DNA from: Candidatus Hydrogenedentota bacterium
GTDB lineage: Bacteria; Hydrogenedentota; Hydrogenedentia; Hydrogenedentales; SLHB01
Assembly: GCA_963674865.2 (NCBI GenBank)
Contig: CAXXYE010000009.1
Coordinates: 1,312,001-1,376,000, forward strand
DNA length: 64,000 nucleotides
Direction of reading: 5' to 3'
The notes beneath the pieces are model-generated. The model saw nothing but the letters and a program-made list of their open reading frames with translations, did no database searches and was not told where the DNA came from. Position numbers and translations under genes: made by a program. Within the stretch, counting starts at the first letter, position 1. Every line of letters begins with the position of its first letter. This document shows, piece after piece, positions 48,794 to 58,924 of this stretch.

Positions 48794-50203
48794 ATGGCCA
48801 AGAAAACCTGTTTTGGGTTGATCGTCGGCAACCGCGGCTTTTTCCCCGACGAACTGGTGCGAACCGGGCAGCAGGTGATGAGCCGGCTCCTGCGGAAACT
48901 TGGCTACAAGGTGGTAGCGCTTGGAATCAAAGACACCAAGTTCGGGAGCGTCGAGACGTGGGAGGACGCGAAGAAGTGCGCCGCCCTGTTCAAGGCCAAG
49001 AGCGAGGAGATTGACGGTGTCATCGTGACGTTGCCGAACTTCGGCGATGAGCGGGGCGTCGCGGATACGCTCAAGATGTCCGGACTCGACGTGCCCGTGC
49101 TCATACACGCATGGGCGGACAACGCCGCAAAGATGGGCATCGAGTCGCGGCGGGACTCATTCTGCGGCAAGATGAGCGCCTGCAATAACCTCGTCCAGTA
49201 CGGCATACCTTTCAGCCTTACGCGGCGGCATACCATGGATCCTGAGACGAAGGAGTTCGAGGCGGAAGTGCACTGGTTTGCCTCGGTGTGCCGCGTCGTG
49301 AGCGGGCTTATAAACTGCCGCGTCGGCGCGCTCGGAGCGCGTCCGGCTGCATTCAATACCGTCCGGTTCAGCGAGAAGCTCTACGAGGAGTCGGGCATAT
49401 CCGTCGAGACGATGGACCTTTCGGACGCGCTAGGCCGCATCGCGAAGATGCCGGACAACGACCCCAAGGTCCGCCGCCGCGTCAAGAAGATCACCGATTA
49501 CGTTGGCACGAAGGGCGTTCCCGGGGAAGCGCTGATCAAGATGGCCAAGCTGGCCGCCGTTATCGACGATTGGATGGCCGCGGCAGAGCTCGACGTCACG
49601 GCGGTTCAATGCTGGACGGCCCTGGAAGAGCATTTCGGCATCGTGCCATGTACGGTGATGAGTATGCTGAGCGATTCCCTGCGATCCTCAGCCTGTGAGG
49701 TCGACGTGGGCGGCGCCATTGGGATGCACGCCATGGCCCTGGCCTCGCAGACGCCGAGCTTCCTCCTCGATTGGAACAATAACTACGGCGACGATCCTGA
49801 CAAGTGCGTCTGCTTCCACTGCTCGAATCTGCCGAAGAGCTGCTTCACCAGTTGCCGGATGGATTATCAGGAGATTATCGCCGGTACCGTCGGTAAAGAG
49901 AACACCTACGGCACTGTTGTCGGCCGCATTAAGCCCGGGCCCGTTACTTTCGCCCGGATCAGCACCTTCGATACCGAGGGCGCCATCGGCGCGTACATCG
50001 GTGAAGCCGAATTCACCAAGGATAAGGTCGACACCTTCGGCGGCTACGGCGTTGTGAAGATCCCGAACCTTCAGGTGTTGCTGGCGTACGCCTGCAAGAA
50101 TGGTTTTGAGCATCACGTCGCGATGAATCATAGCCAGTGCGCCCGCGCCATCTACGAAGCTTTGGATAACTACCTCGGCTGGGATGTCTACTGGCACAGC
50201 TAG
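48794..50203 (+). CDS. L-fucose/L-arabinose isomerase family protein
   Basis: NFGDE, RDSFCG, QCWT, ACEVD, FHCSN, FEHH. Confidence 0.88.
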   Translation: MAKKTCFGLIVGNRGFFPDELVRTGQQVMSRLLRKLGYKVVALGIKDTKFGSVETWEDAKKCAALFKAKSEEIDGVIVTLPNFGDERGVADTLKMSGLDVPVLIHAWADNAAKMGIESRRDSFCGKMSACNNLVQYGIPFSLTRRHTMDPETKEFEAEVHWFASVCRVVSGLINCRVGALGARPAAFNTVRFSEKLYEESGISVETMDLSDALGRIAKMPDNDPKVRRRVKKITDYVGTKGVPGEALIKMAKLAAVIDDWMAAAELDVTAVQCWTALEEHFGIVPCTVMSMLSDSLRSSACEVDVGGAIGMHAMALASQTPSFLLDWNNNYGDDPDKCVCFHCSNLPKSCFTSCRMDYQEIIAGTVGKENTYGTVVGRIKPGPVTFARISTFDTEGAIGAYIGEAEFTKDKVDTFGGYGVVKIPNLQVLLAYACKNGFEHHVAMNHSQCARAIYEALDNYLGWDVYWHS

Positions 50204-50236
50204 GCCGGCCGCGGGAGCAATGGCAGGAGAAGAGCG

Positions 50237-51265
50237 ATGAGTACGCTGGGTGTCGGTATCGTAGGGACAGGCTGGGTTTCGGGCGAGCACATCCGTGCTT
50301 TCCAAACCAATCCTCACACGGAGATCCTGGCCTTATGCTCGCGTAGCGAGGAGCGAGCGCGGGCCAAGGCCGGCGAGTGGGACCTCGACTGCGCCCTGTA
50401 CACCAACTACGAGAAGATGTTGGCTCACGAGGGGATTGATATCATTGCTATTGCCACGCCGCCGGACTGTCACAAGGCGCAGGCCGTCGCCGCGGCCGAG
50501 GCGGGCAAGCATCTCCTCCTAGAAAAGGCGATGGCCGTTGCCCTCGATGACGCGCGGGCGATTCGCGGCGCCGTCGCGAAGGCGGGTGTGAAGTCCGTGG
50601 TGAGCTTCGTCCTCCGGTGGAATCCCCTTTTCGAGATTATCAAGACGCAACTCGCGGATGACGCCATCGGCCGCGTATTTCTCGGCGAGGTCGACTACTT
50701 CCACGGCATCGGCCCATGGTACAAGCAGTATGGCTGGAATGTGAAGAAGGATGTGGGCGGCAGTTCGCTACTGTCAGCGGGCATTCACGCCGTCGATGCA
50801 TTGCGCTGGTTCATGGGCGGCGAGATCGTCGAGGTTTGCCAGTACTCGACCTTCGGGAAAGGGCCGGATTTCGCCGAATATGAGTACGATCCCACATCCT
50901 GTACCATCTGCCGGTTTGCGGACGGCCGTATCGGCAAGGTCGCCTCATCCATCGAGTGCATTCAGCCTTACGTGTTCAACATCAATCTTGTGGGCACCCA
51001 CGGCACGATCAAGAACAATCTGCTCTACTCCAAGAAGAAGATGCCCGGCCAGACGGGATGGGCTCAAATTCCCACGATCCTGCCGGATAGCGGCGACGTC
51101 ACACACCATCCGTTCACGGATGAGGCCGCGCACCTGGTGGATTGCATCCTTGAAGATAAGGAATCTCATGTGAGTGTTGCCGACGCGTATATCACGCACG
51201 AGGTCGTGTTGGCGGCCGATCTCTCGGCGCGCGAAGGCCGGCCGATCCGGCTCCCGCTGCCGTGA
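50237..51265 (+). CDS. Gfo/Idh/MocA family oxidoreductase
   Basis: GIVGTGWV, LLEKAM, AGIHAVD. Confidence 0.88.
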   Translation: MSTLGVGIVGTGWVSGEHIRAFQTNPHTEILALCSRSEERARAKAGEWDLDCALYTNYEKMLAHEGIDIIAIATPPDCHKAQAVAAAEAGKHLLLEKAMAVALDDARAIRGAVAKAGVKSVVSFVLRWNPLFEIIKTQLADDAIGRVFLGEVDYFHGIGPWYKQYGWNVKKDVGGSSLLSAGIHAVDALRWFMGGEIVEVCQYSTFGKGPDFAEYEYDPTSCTICRFADGRIGKVASSIECIQPYVFNINLVGTHGTIKNNLLYSKKKMPGQTGWAQIPTILPDSGDVTHHPFTDEAAHLVDCILEDKESHVSVADAYITHEVVLAADLSAREGRPIRLPLP

Positions 51266-51293
51266 GGACTATTTTCGAACGAGTGGGTGGCGC

Positions 51294-52442
51294 ATGAAAC
51301 GACTGCTTGCACGGCATTCGCCGCTGGTAATTCTCGCGGGCCTGTGTGTTGTCCTCGCCATTGTGTCGGAGGACTTCCGCAAGCCTGAGAACCTCCAGCG
51401 TGTGGCCTACCGGACAAGCGTGGTGGGCATCATCGCGCTGGGCCAGACTTTTGTCATCATCACGGGGGGGATCGACCTCGCAGTGGGAAGCGTTGCGGCC
51501 CTGGCGGGGGTCGTGGCGTGTCTGGCCATGCGCGACCTCCACATGCCGATGGCGGTAGGCGTCTGGGGTTCGGCCATCCTTGGCCAATTCAGCGGTATCG
51601 CGGTGGCCGTCGCGGCGTGGCGTCTCTTGCGGCGGCGTGGCCTGCCGGGATTTGTCGTCGCCGGCGTGGGGACACTGGCAGGCATGTTCTTCGGCCTGGT
51701 AATCGCCCTCTCCGCGGGGCGGATGCTCCTACGGATGCTGCCCGATGTGCCCGTGCCGGTGTCTTTGGCCGTCCTTCTCGGTACATTGGTGGGTTTGGGC
51801 ACAGGCCTCGTGAGCGGCCTGCTTGCCACCAAGGGCAGGATCCCTCCCTTTATCGCGACCTTGGGCATGATGATGGTTGCCCGCGGCCTCGTGCTGCTTA
51901 TCTCCAAGGGCGTGCGCGTATTCGGACTCCCCGAGTCGTTCAGGTATCTCGGCGGCGCGCGGGGATGGTACATCCCTGTGGGCATTACGGCGGCCATCGC
52001 GGTGGTGCTTGCCGTTGCACTCACCTTCACCCGATTCGGGCGGGCGATCTTCGCTACGGGAGGCAACGCCAACGGCGCGCGCTTGTCCGGAATATCCGTT
52101 GATCGCGTGCGCATCACCGCCTTCGGCCTTTGCGGCGCGTTGACGGCCTTTGCGGGGGTGATGTTGGCCTCGCGAACGGGCGTCGCCGAACCCACCGCCG
52201 CCGAAGGCATGGAGTTGGACGCCATAGCCGCCTGCGTTATCGGCGGCGCGAGCCTGATGGGGGGCGAGGGAGGCGTCATCGGCTCGCTGGCCGGGGCGCT
52301 GATCATGAACGTGCTCGTTAACTTCTGCAACCTCAAAGGCTTCGACGTCTACTGGCAGAAAGTCCTCGTCGGCACGCTTATCGTCGCCCTCGTCTACTAC
52401 GACAACTTCCGCCGCCGCAAAGCCGGATTCATCAAGGAATAA
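51294..52442 (+). CDS. Sugar ABC transporter permease (RbsC family)
   Basis: GGIDLAVGS, IPPFIATLG, FGRAIFATGGN..ARLSGI, ELDAIAACVIGG. Confidence 0.92.
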   Translation: MKRLLARHSPLVILAGLCVVLAIVSEDFRKPENLQRVAYRTSVVGIIALGQTFVIITGGIDLAVGSVAALAGVVACLAMRDLHMPMAVGVWGSAILGQFSGIAVAVAAWRLLRRRGLPGFVVAGVGTLAGMFFGLVIALSAGRMLLRMLPDVPVPVSLAVLLGTLVGLGTGLVSGLLATKGRIPPFIATLGMMMVARGLVLLISKGVRVFGLPESFRYLGGARGWYIPVGITAAIAVVLAVALTFTRFGRAIFATGGNANGARLSGISVDRVRITAFGLCGALTAFAGVMLASRTGVAEPTAAEGMELDAIAACVIGGASLMGGEGGVIGSLAGALIMNVLVNFCNLKGFDVYWQKVLVGTLIVALVYYDNFRRRKAGFIKE

Positions 52443-52515
52443 GCGCTCTCAGGCGGGGCGTGCGCGCCAAGTCGGCCACGCTCGCAAGATTACAGCACAC
52501 ACGGATTCATGCTTG

Positions 52516-52524
52516 TGCTATAAT
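52516..52524 (+). promoter_or_regulatory. Extended -10 promoter element for the surface-protein gene
   Basis: TGcTATAAT, 84 bp upstream of ATG 52608. Confidence 0.5.
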
Positions 52525-52607
52525 CGCCTTGAAGAATATGTTTGAGTGGCCCGCTGTTACGTCCGAAGTGTGGGGGACGGGGCCTGCTCCGGGGAGGTAT
52601 TCCTATC

Positions 52608-55600
52608 ATGGGGACGAATAACGCACTTCTGATCGCCAGGACTATCCTTGTTTCGAGCCTCTTCATGCTCGGCCTTCTCCTGCCTCGTGCCCAGGCGGAT
52701 GTCTGGTATGTGGACAGAGACAACGAGTCGGGCGTTGAAGACGGCGCCAGTTGGGACACCGCCTACACCACGATCCAGCCCGCCATCGACGCCGCCCACT
52801 CAGCCGGCGGCGGCGAGGTCTGGGTCGCGGAGGGAACCTACTTCGGGGCATGCACACTGAGGAGCAACGTGGCTGCCTACGGCGGATTCGCGGGAATCGA
52901 GACGGCCCTTGCGCAGCGCGATATCGCATCCCACAAAGCGATTATCAATGCCGACGCTTCCGAGGAGAAAGGCCCTCCGTACAATGCCGTGATCATCTTC
53001 GAGGTGGCAAACACCCGTCTAGATGGCTTCACCATCACCGGTAGCATCGCGTATCCGGACTACCACCTTGGCGACTATGGCGACGTGGAGAGGCCCGGAT
53101 ACAATCCGGGTGGCGGGATTTTCTGCATGAATGCCGATGGCACCAATGTGATTGAGCGTTGCCACGTAACTAAGAACACGGGCCTCCGGGGCGGGGGCCT
53201 CTTCTGTAAGTACACGTCGGCTCAGTTTGTGGGCTGCAGCTTCACCGCGAACGACATTAGTAGCAGCGGCGTGTGCGGCGGCGTCTACTGCGCCGGCGCT
53301 CCGGGCCCGGCTTTCATCGACTGCGGCGTCAGCAAGAATACCAAGATTGGTATGTACTGTACCGATGGCTCCACCGCATCCTTCGTCGGTGGTTACATTT
53401 ACGGGCATAGGCCGTCCGGTTTTGTAAGCCCGTATCTGCTTGAAGGGAGCGTGAGTCGCAGGGGGGACGGAGTTGGATTGCTTGTCGTCGGCGACTCGTC
53501 TGTCCAGGTGGCTGGCTGTACCATTCAGGACAACGAGGCCGCGGATGGTGCGGGTGTAATCGTGAAGAGTGCTGCACTGCACATGTCCGGATGCACGATC
53601 CAGTACAACAAGGCCCTGGACTGCGGCGGCGGCATAGGCGTCGGGGACGGAGGAAAACTGAAGATCGAGGGCTGTACGCTCCTGGGCAACCGTGCGGTTC
53701 ACGGGGGGGGATTCTTCGTCAACGACTACGGCTCGGCGGAGATGCGCTCCTGCGAGATATTGAAGAATGAAGCTACGGAGGAGGGTGGCGGCGGCTATTG
53801 CCAACTCTATGATGACATCGCCGATTGCGTCTTCAAGGAGAATCAGGCTAGGCGCGGCGGGGGACTCCACGGGTTCAAGGTGGATCGCTGCACATTCATC
53901 AGCAATGGCGCAACCTATGGTGGTGGCGCCATGCACTACGATCGAGTGTTCAGGGGTGTCCACAGTCTGACGGCGCAGGGGCCGACAAACTGCCTGTTCG
54001 TAGGGAATCAGGCGTCATCGTCCGTCGTCTGGGATATACGGCTTGCTTGCTATTTGGATGAACTCAAGGACTATGGCCCTGTCGAGTTCTTATCGAGTCT
54101 CAACACCTTCTGGGCGAATGCAGAAACGGGCCATTTTCTCCCGGATCTTCTGGGCGGCACCGACCCGACTATTTCAAGTTGTATCTTCTGGAACAACAAG
54201 TGCGGGGACATACTCAATGGTGGGGAGATCACTCACTCAGTTGTGCAGGGCGGGTGGCCGGGCGAGGGGAATACGGATAGCGATCCCTTGTTCGTAGACG
54301 CCGAAAACGGTGTGTTCTACTTGGACGTAATGTCGCCCGCTATCGACACAGGGTTGATAACCGATGGCGACTGCCGGGACAGATCCGGGCGGTACAGGCC
54401 TCTGAGTTGGGGCGTCGACATGGGAGCATTTGAGTTCCAAGGCACGGATGCCGACACGCTTCACTCGTTTCTGCTTCCTCTGACGCCCCCGGCGACAACC
54501 GCTGTAGTCGAACTGCCCTGGATAGCTTGGGGGGGCGACGGCACGACGGCGTATGTCGAGTTGTTCTATAGGCGCAACGGCGGCGAATGGCTGCTTTGCC
54601 CGGATGCCTACACCGACAGCCCCATAGAGTTTGACACATCTACCGTGGGCGGCGACGGATACTATGAATTCCGCACGATTGCTACGGATATGGGGGGCAC
54701 TGCGGAGACGCCCTCATCCATTTGCCCGGTTCGAGGGCTACCGGTTATCTCCGGCTTTGAAGGGGCGAGAGTGTACGTCGATGGTACTGCCGAAGGCTTC
54801 CAAACCGCGGAAAGCTGGGAGAACGCAATCCATTCTATTACGGCGGCCCTTGCCGTAGCCGACGCCCATGGGATTGGCGAGATATGGGTCGCTGCCGGCG
54901 AGTATCCGGAGTCGATTGAGCTTATCAGCGACCTTGCCTTATGCGGCGGGTTCGCGGGCACGGAAGACTACCTGGACGAGAGGAAGGTGTGTCCCTCTGC
55001 CACTGTTATCGACGCCAGCCAAGTGGGCTACGGAGATCCCGCCCTTCATGTTGTCGTGATGAAGGACGTCGTCAACACGCGGCTGGACGGGTTTACGCTC
55101 ACCGGAGCGGTCGGAAGCGATGGCGACTTCTTCATGGGCTACGGCTGTTGCGGAGGGGTGGTGTGTGTGCGTGCGGATGAGACGAACACCGTGAGCGATT
55201 GCGTCATCGCGGGAAACAGAGCGGGCAGCGCAGCAGGAGTCAATTGTTTCTGTTCCTCGCCTCAGTTCAGGAATTGTGCAATCGCCGGCAACGAGTGGGA
55301 CGGGATAGGCGTTGGCCCTCAGAGTTCCCCGACTTTCGAGAACTGCGCAGTAGTCGGGAACACCGGCACAGGAGTGGCCTGCGAGAGGGGATCGCCAACT
55401 CTCGTTGACTGTGTCCTGAGTGAGAACTCCGGCGGCGGAGTTGTCAGGCTGTTGGGGCTGCCCGCGAAGCCCCTTCTCGTCAACTGCCTAGTAAGCCGAA
55501 ACTCCGGCGCGGGAGGGGTCAGTGCGGATGCCACGTTGGTCAACTGCGTCATTGCGGGCAACACTGGCAGAACCTATGGAGGTGGGCTAACTTGGCCGAA

Positions 55601-57695
55601 GCGCGTGATCAACTGTACGATAGCTCTGAACACGGCGCCACAAGGTGGAGCCCTGCGATCTTCCGGTGCTCATCAGGTCCTGAACACGATCATTGACAGT
55701 AATAGCACTTACGGAGTGTATGCGAAGGGCTCTGTCTCAGATTCGGACCTCATGTGCTGCCTTTTCCACGCCAACGAAGATGGAGACTGCCATTACTTCG
55801 ACGTGGATACGACGTATACCGGGGCCGAGGAGATCATGCTGAACGTGCCCACGGCAACGGGGATCGTTGATGGCGACCCGCTGTTCGCAAATCCAGAGGT
55901 GGGTGATTTCAGTCTACTTGCTGGTTCTGCGGCAATCGACGCGGGCACGTCCCCCGATGCACCGGACACCGATTTCCTTGGCGAGCCAAGACCCGAAGGG
56001 TATGGCGTCGATATCGGAGCGTATGAGTACACGCCCGGGACCGAGAGGTTCGAGGTCGTGCTTGACGCGGACGGGGAGGGGACTATCGAGCCCGCCGAAG
56101 GAGTCCACGCCTGCACTGCCGGTGCGCGTGTGGTGGTTCTTGCGGAAGCCGAGGAAGGCTGGCAGTTTAGCCACTGGGAAGGAGGCCTCGAAGGCATAGT
56201 GAATCCAGCAGTGATGACAGTGGACGGCAACAAGACGCTTACGGCCGTCTTCAGGGAGGAATACGAGCTTACATTGACGGCTGGGAGCCATGGCACCACC
56301 GCTCCTTCCCCGGGCTTCTATGTCTACCTGGACGGTGACACGATCGAACTTGCGGCTACAGCCTCTATAGGTTGGGGATTCGATCATTGGGAGGGAGATC
56401 TAACCGGCAGTAACAACCCCTGCGATGTGGTCATGGACGGCCCCAAAGCCATCGCCGCCGTTTTCGTGAGATACTTCTCTCTGACCACGGAAGTCTGCGG
56501 CGATGGTGAGGTACATGTTTCGGAGGAAGCGGAGAGCTATCCGAATGGAGAGACGCTGACCTTGACTGCCGTGCCTGACGCGCTGTGGCTGTTCGATCAT
56601 TGGGAGGGCGATGTAACAGGAGACGCTGCTTCCGTCACCATTGTCATGGACGGAGACAAGAGCGCCACGGCGGTCTTCACCCGGCTCTACACCGTGAGCA
56701 CCTCCGTCGAGGGTCAAGGGCTGGTGTATTTCGGCAACGGCACAGGAGCCTATCGTGACGGATCTGCTGCCACTGTGCTGGCTGTACCGGCCGAGGGTTG
56801 GATCTTCGACCATTGGGAAGGCGATGCGGCGGGGAGCGACAATCCGCTGGCGTTGATCATGGATGGCGACAAGGCCATCACGGCCGTCTTCACACGGCTC
56901 TACACGGTGAGCACGGCCGTCGAGGGGCAGGGGCTCGTGTATTGCGCCGACGGCATCGGTGTCTATCCAGATGGCTCGACGGCGACGGTGGTTGCCGTGC
57001 CCGCGGAAGGCTGGATCTTCGACCACTGGGAAGGCGGTGCCGCGGGAGGCGACAACCCGCTGACGCTGCTCGTGGATGGCGACAAGGCCGTTACGGCCGT
57101 CTTTGAGCGGCGCTACACGCTGAGTATCCAGGTTGAGGGACAGGGGCAAGTAGACGAAGCCAGTGGGCCGACCTTCTACCGCGCCGGCTCTGAAGCCTCC
57201 TTGGCGGCCATCCCCGCCGAGGGGTGGGCCTTCGATCATTGGGAGGGTGACGCGACGGGTACGGACAATCCGACGATGGTGCTCATGGATCAGGATAGAA
57301 GCGTCGTGGCCGTCTTCAAACAGCTCTACACGCTGACTCCGCATGCCGTGGGGCGGGGCCATATTGAAGTCGGGGATGAGGCAGGCGTCTATCCCGATGG
57401 CGCCACGGCCACGTTGGTGGCCGTTCCTGCGGAGGGCTGGGCGTTTCGCCGCTGGCGCGGCGATGCGGAAGGGACGGATAATCCGCTCGAATTGGTTATG
57501 GATGGCGCCAAGACGGTGTGGGCCGTGTTTGTGCCCCACTGGGATGCCCCGCCGGGATGCGCCGGGGGTACGTCATCATCCGGCTGCGGCCCGGGCGTCC
57601 CACCCTTGGGAGATGTCGCCCTGTTGGCCGTGAGCATAATCGCTCTGTGGATGATGCCTGGCGTGCGGAAGGCCTCAAGACGCCGCCCGGCCTAG
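52608..57695 (+). CDS. Large cell-surface protein: two parallel beta-helix modules, Ig-like spacer, seven InlB-B-like repeats, C-terminal anchor
   Basis: Signal AQA|D. Two YVD...SW..A..I...WVA.G.Y modules, each closed by DPLF...AIDxG...DxGAxE. Seven W.F..W.G...MDG.K...AVF-like repeats. TM helix plus basic tail. Confidence 0.85.
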   Translation: MGTNNALLIARTILVSSLFMLGLLLPRAQADVWYVDRDNESGVEDGASWDTAYTTIQPAIDAAHSAGGGEVWVAEGTYFGACTLRSNVAAYGGFAGIETALAQRDIASHKAIINADASEEKGPPYNAVIIFEVANTRLDGFTITGSIAYPDYHLGDYGDVERPGYNPGGGIFCMNADGTNVIERCHVTKNTGLRGGGLFCKYTSAQFVGCSFTANDISSSGVCGGVYCAGAPGPAFIDCGVSKNTKIGMYCTDGSTASFVGGYIYGHRPSGFVSPYLLEGSVSRRGDGVGLLVVGDSSVQVAGCTIQDNEAADGAGVIVKSAALHMSGCTIQYNKALDCGGGIGVGDGGKLKIEGCTLLGNRAVHGGGFFVNDYGSAEMRSCEILKNEATEEGGGGYCQLYDDIADCVFKENQARRGGGLHGFKVDRCTFISNGATYGGGAMHYDRVFRGVHSLTAQGPTNCLFVGNQASSSVVWDIRLACYLDELKDYGPVEFLSSLNTFWANAETGHFLPDLLGGTDPTISSCIFWNNKCGDILNGGEITHSVVQGGWPGEGNTDSDPLFVDAENGVFYLDVMSPAIDTGLITDGDCRDRSGRYRPLSWGVDMGAFEFQGTDADTLHSFLLPLTPPATTAVVELPWIAWGGDGTTAYVELFYRRNGGEWLLCPDAYTDSPIEFDTSTVGGDGYYEFRTIATDMGGTAETPSSICPVRGLPVISGFEGARVYVDGTAEGFQTAESWENAIHSITAALAVADAHGIGEIWVAAGEYPESIELISDLALCGGFAGTEDYLDERKVCPSATVIDASQVGYGDPALHVVVMKDVVNTRLDGFTLTGAVGSDGDFFMGYGCCGGVVCVRADETNTVSDCVIAGNRAGSAAGVNCFCSSPQFRNCAIAGNEWDGIGVGPQSSPTFENCAVVGNTGTGVACERGSPTLVDCVLSENSGGGVVRLLGLPAKPLLVNCLVSRNSGAGGVSADATLVNCVIAGNTGRTYGGGLTWPKRVINCTIALNTAPQGGALRSSGAHQVLNTIIDSNSTYGVYAKGSVSDSDLMCCLFHANEDGDCHYFDVDTTYTGAEEIMLNVPTATGIVDGDPLFANPEVGDFSLLAGSAAIDAGTSPDAPDTDFLGEPRPEGYGVDIGAYEYTPGTERFEVVLDADGEGTIEPAEGVHACTAGARVVVLAEAEEGWQFSHWEGGLEGIVNPAVMTVDGNKTLTAVFREEYELTLTAGSHGTTAPSPGFYVYLDGDTIELAATASIGWGFDHWEGDLTGSNNPCDVVMDGPKAIAAVFVRYFSLTTEVCGDGEVHVSEEAESYPNGETLTLTAVPDALWLFDHWEGDVTGDAASVTIVMDGDKSATAVFTRLYTVSTSVEGQGLVYFGNGTGAYRDGSAATVLAVPAEGWIFDHWEGDAAGSDNPLALIMDGDKAITAVFTRLYTVSTAVEGQGLVYCADGIGVYPDGSTATVVAVPAEGWIFDHWEGGAAGGDNPLTLLVDGDKAVTAVFERRYTLSIQVEGQGQVDEASGPTFYRAGSEASLAAIPAEGWAFDHWEGDATGTDNPTMVLMDQDRSVVAVFKQLYTLTPHAVGRGHIEVGDEAGVYPDGATATLVAVPAEGWAFRRWRGDAEGTDNPLELVMDGAKTVWAVFVPHWDAPPGCAGGTSSSGCGPGVPPLGDVALLAVSIIALWMMPGVRKASRRRPA
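56047..57535 (+). repeat. Seven tandem ~213-bp coding repeats (~71 aa)
   Basis: Units 4 and 5 are strongly similar at the DNA level (56671-56730 versus 56884-56943). Confidence 0.85.
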
Positions 57696-57851
57696 CGGGA
57701 CGCCCGAGCGATTACGCCCCTGGGCCGACGAAGCGGATTCCTTTGCGCAGCCGAATGGACGCGTGCGCCGAAGTCCCGATATACTTCCGTGAAACGCCAC
57801 CCGGTCGGGCAGGCCGGACGCACTCGTCCAATTAACCTGGGAGATGAGGCC

Positions 57852-58841
57852 ATGAGAGCCGTTCTTATTCTGCTGTTGGTGACTGTGATTTGTGTGGGAT
57901 GTAATCCGGGGACGTCCTCGTCGGGCTCCGGCGGGGCTCAACACGGCACCGAAGCGCCTCCCGAGGACTCGGCCTTGGAGATCGCCGTGATCCCAAAAGG
58001 GTTGGCGCATCAATTCTGGCTGACAGTGAAGGCGGGGGCCGAAGCGGCCGGGCAGGAGATGGGCGCGAAGATCATCTGGCAGGGCCCTGCCAAGGAAACC
58101 GAAACGGCCAAGCAGATCAGCATCGTCGAGGACATGATCAGCCGCGACGTAGACGCGATTGTCATGGCCGCGTGCGATGAGAACGCCCTTATCGACGCTA
58201 TCGCCAAGGCCTCCGAACAAGGCATCCCCGTCGTGACAATTGACTCGGGCGTCAAGTCGGACATCCCCATTTCGTTTGTGGCGACGGATAACATTGCCGG
58301 GGCCAAGGCGGCCGCCCGTGAACTGGCGCGCCTGATCGGCGAAGCGGGCGAGGTGGGGCTGATCCCCTTTGTCCCCGGCGCCGCGACATCCGAAATGCGG
58401 GAGCAGGGCTTCAAGGACGGCATCGCGGAGTATCCCGACATTGAGCTTGTCTCCGTGCTGTACAGTCAGAGCGAAGCCGGCAAGGGCATGGACGTTACGC
58501 AAGACATGATGACGGCGCACTCGAACCTGAAAGGGATCTTCGCCGCAAACGAGGGTGGCGCCCTCGGCGCGGCCCAAGCCATCGAGGTCGCCGGCAAGAT
58601 GGGTGAAGTGAAGCTCGTGGCCTTTGACGCGGCCCAGGGCGAGGTGGATGCTCTCAAGCGTGGCGCCATCCAGGCCCTTGTTGTCCAGAATCCGTTCCAA
58701 ATGGGCTATCAGGGCGTGAAAGCGGCCATCGACCACCTTGAGGGACGTCCCGTCGAGAAGCGCATCGATACGGGCGTTACCGTGGTAACTATGGACAACC
58801 TCAATGAGCCGGAGATCCAGAAGCTGCTCAATCCGATCTGA
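57852..58841 (+). CDS. Sugar ABC transporter substrate-binding lipoprotein (RbsB family)
   Basis: Lipobox-like ICVGC, IPKG..HQFW, VATDN, VQNPFQMGY, IDTGV. Confidence 0.92.
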   Translation: MRAVLILLLVTVICVGCNPGTSSSGSGGAQHGTEAPPEDSALEIAVIPKGLAHQFWLTVKAGAEAAGQEMGAKIIWQGPAKETETAKQISIVEDMISRDVDAIVMAACDENALIDAIAKASEQGIPVVTIDSGVKSDIPISFVATDNIAGAKAAARELARLIGEAGEVGLIPFVPGAATSEMREQGFKDGIAEYPDIELVSVLYSQSEAGKGMDVTQDMMTAHSNLKGIFAANEGGALGAAQAIEVAGKMGEVKLVAFDAAQGEVDALKRGAIQALVVQNPFQMGYQGVKAAIDHLEGRPVEKRIDTGVTVVTMDNLNEPEIQKLLNPI

Positions 58842-58885
58842 AGTCCGGGCGGCATAGGAAACTCCAATGAATGAAACGATTTAAC

Positions 58886-58915
58886 GCCACCCCTGAACGC
58901 CGGTTCGGGGGTGGC
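58886..58915 (+). terminator. GC-rich hairpin downstream of the binding-protein gene
   Basis: GCCACCCCTGAAC-gccg-GTTCGGGGGTGGC (13-bp stem with one GU pair); weak U-tract. Confidence 0.45.
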
Positions 58916-58924
58916 CTTCACGTT

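Noticed and set aside
56047..57535. Tandem DNA repeats as a possible CRISPR array
   Set aside because: They are ~213-bp in-frame protein domain repeats with no repeat-spacer structure, and no cas genes are present.
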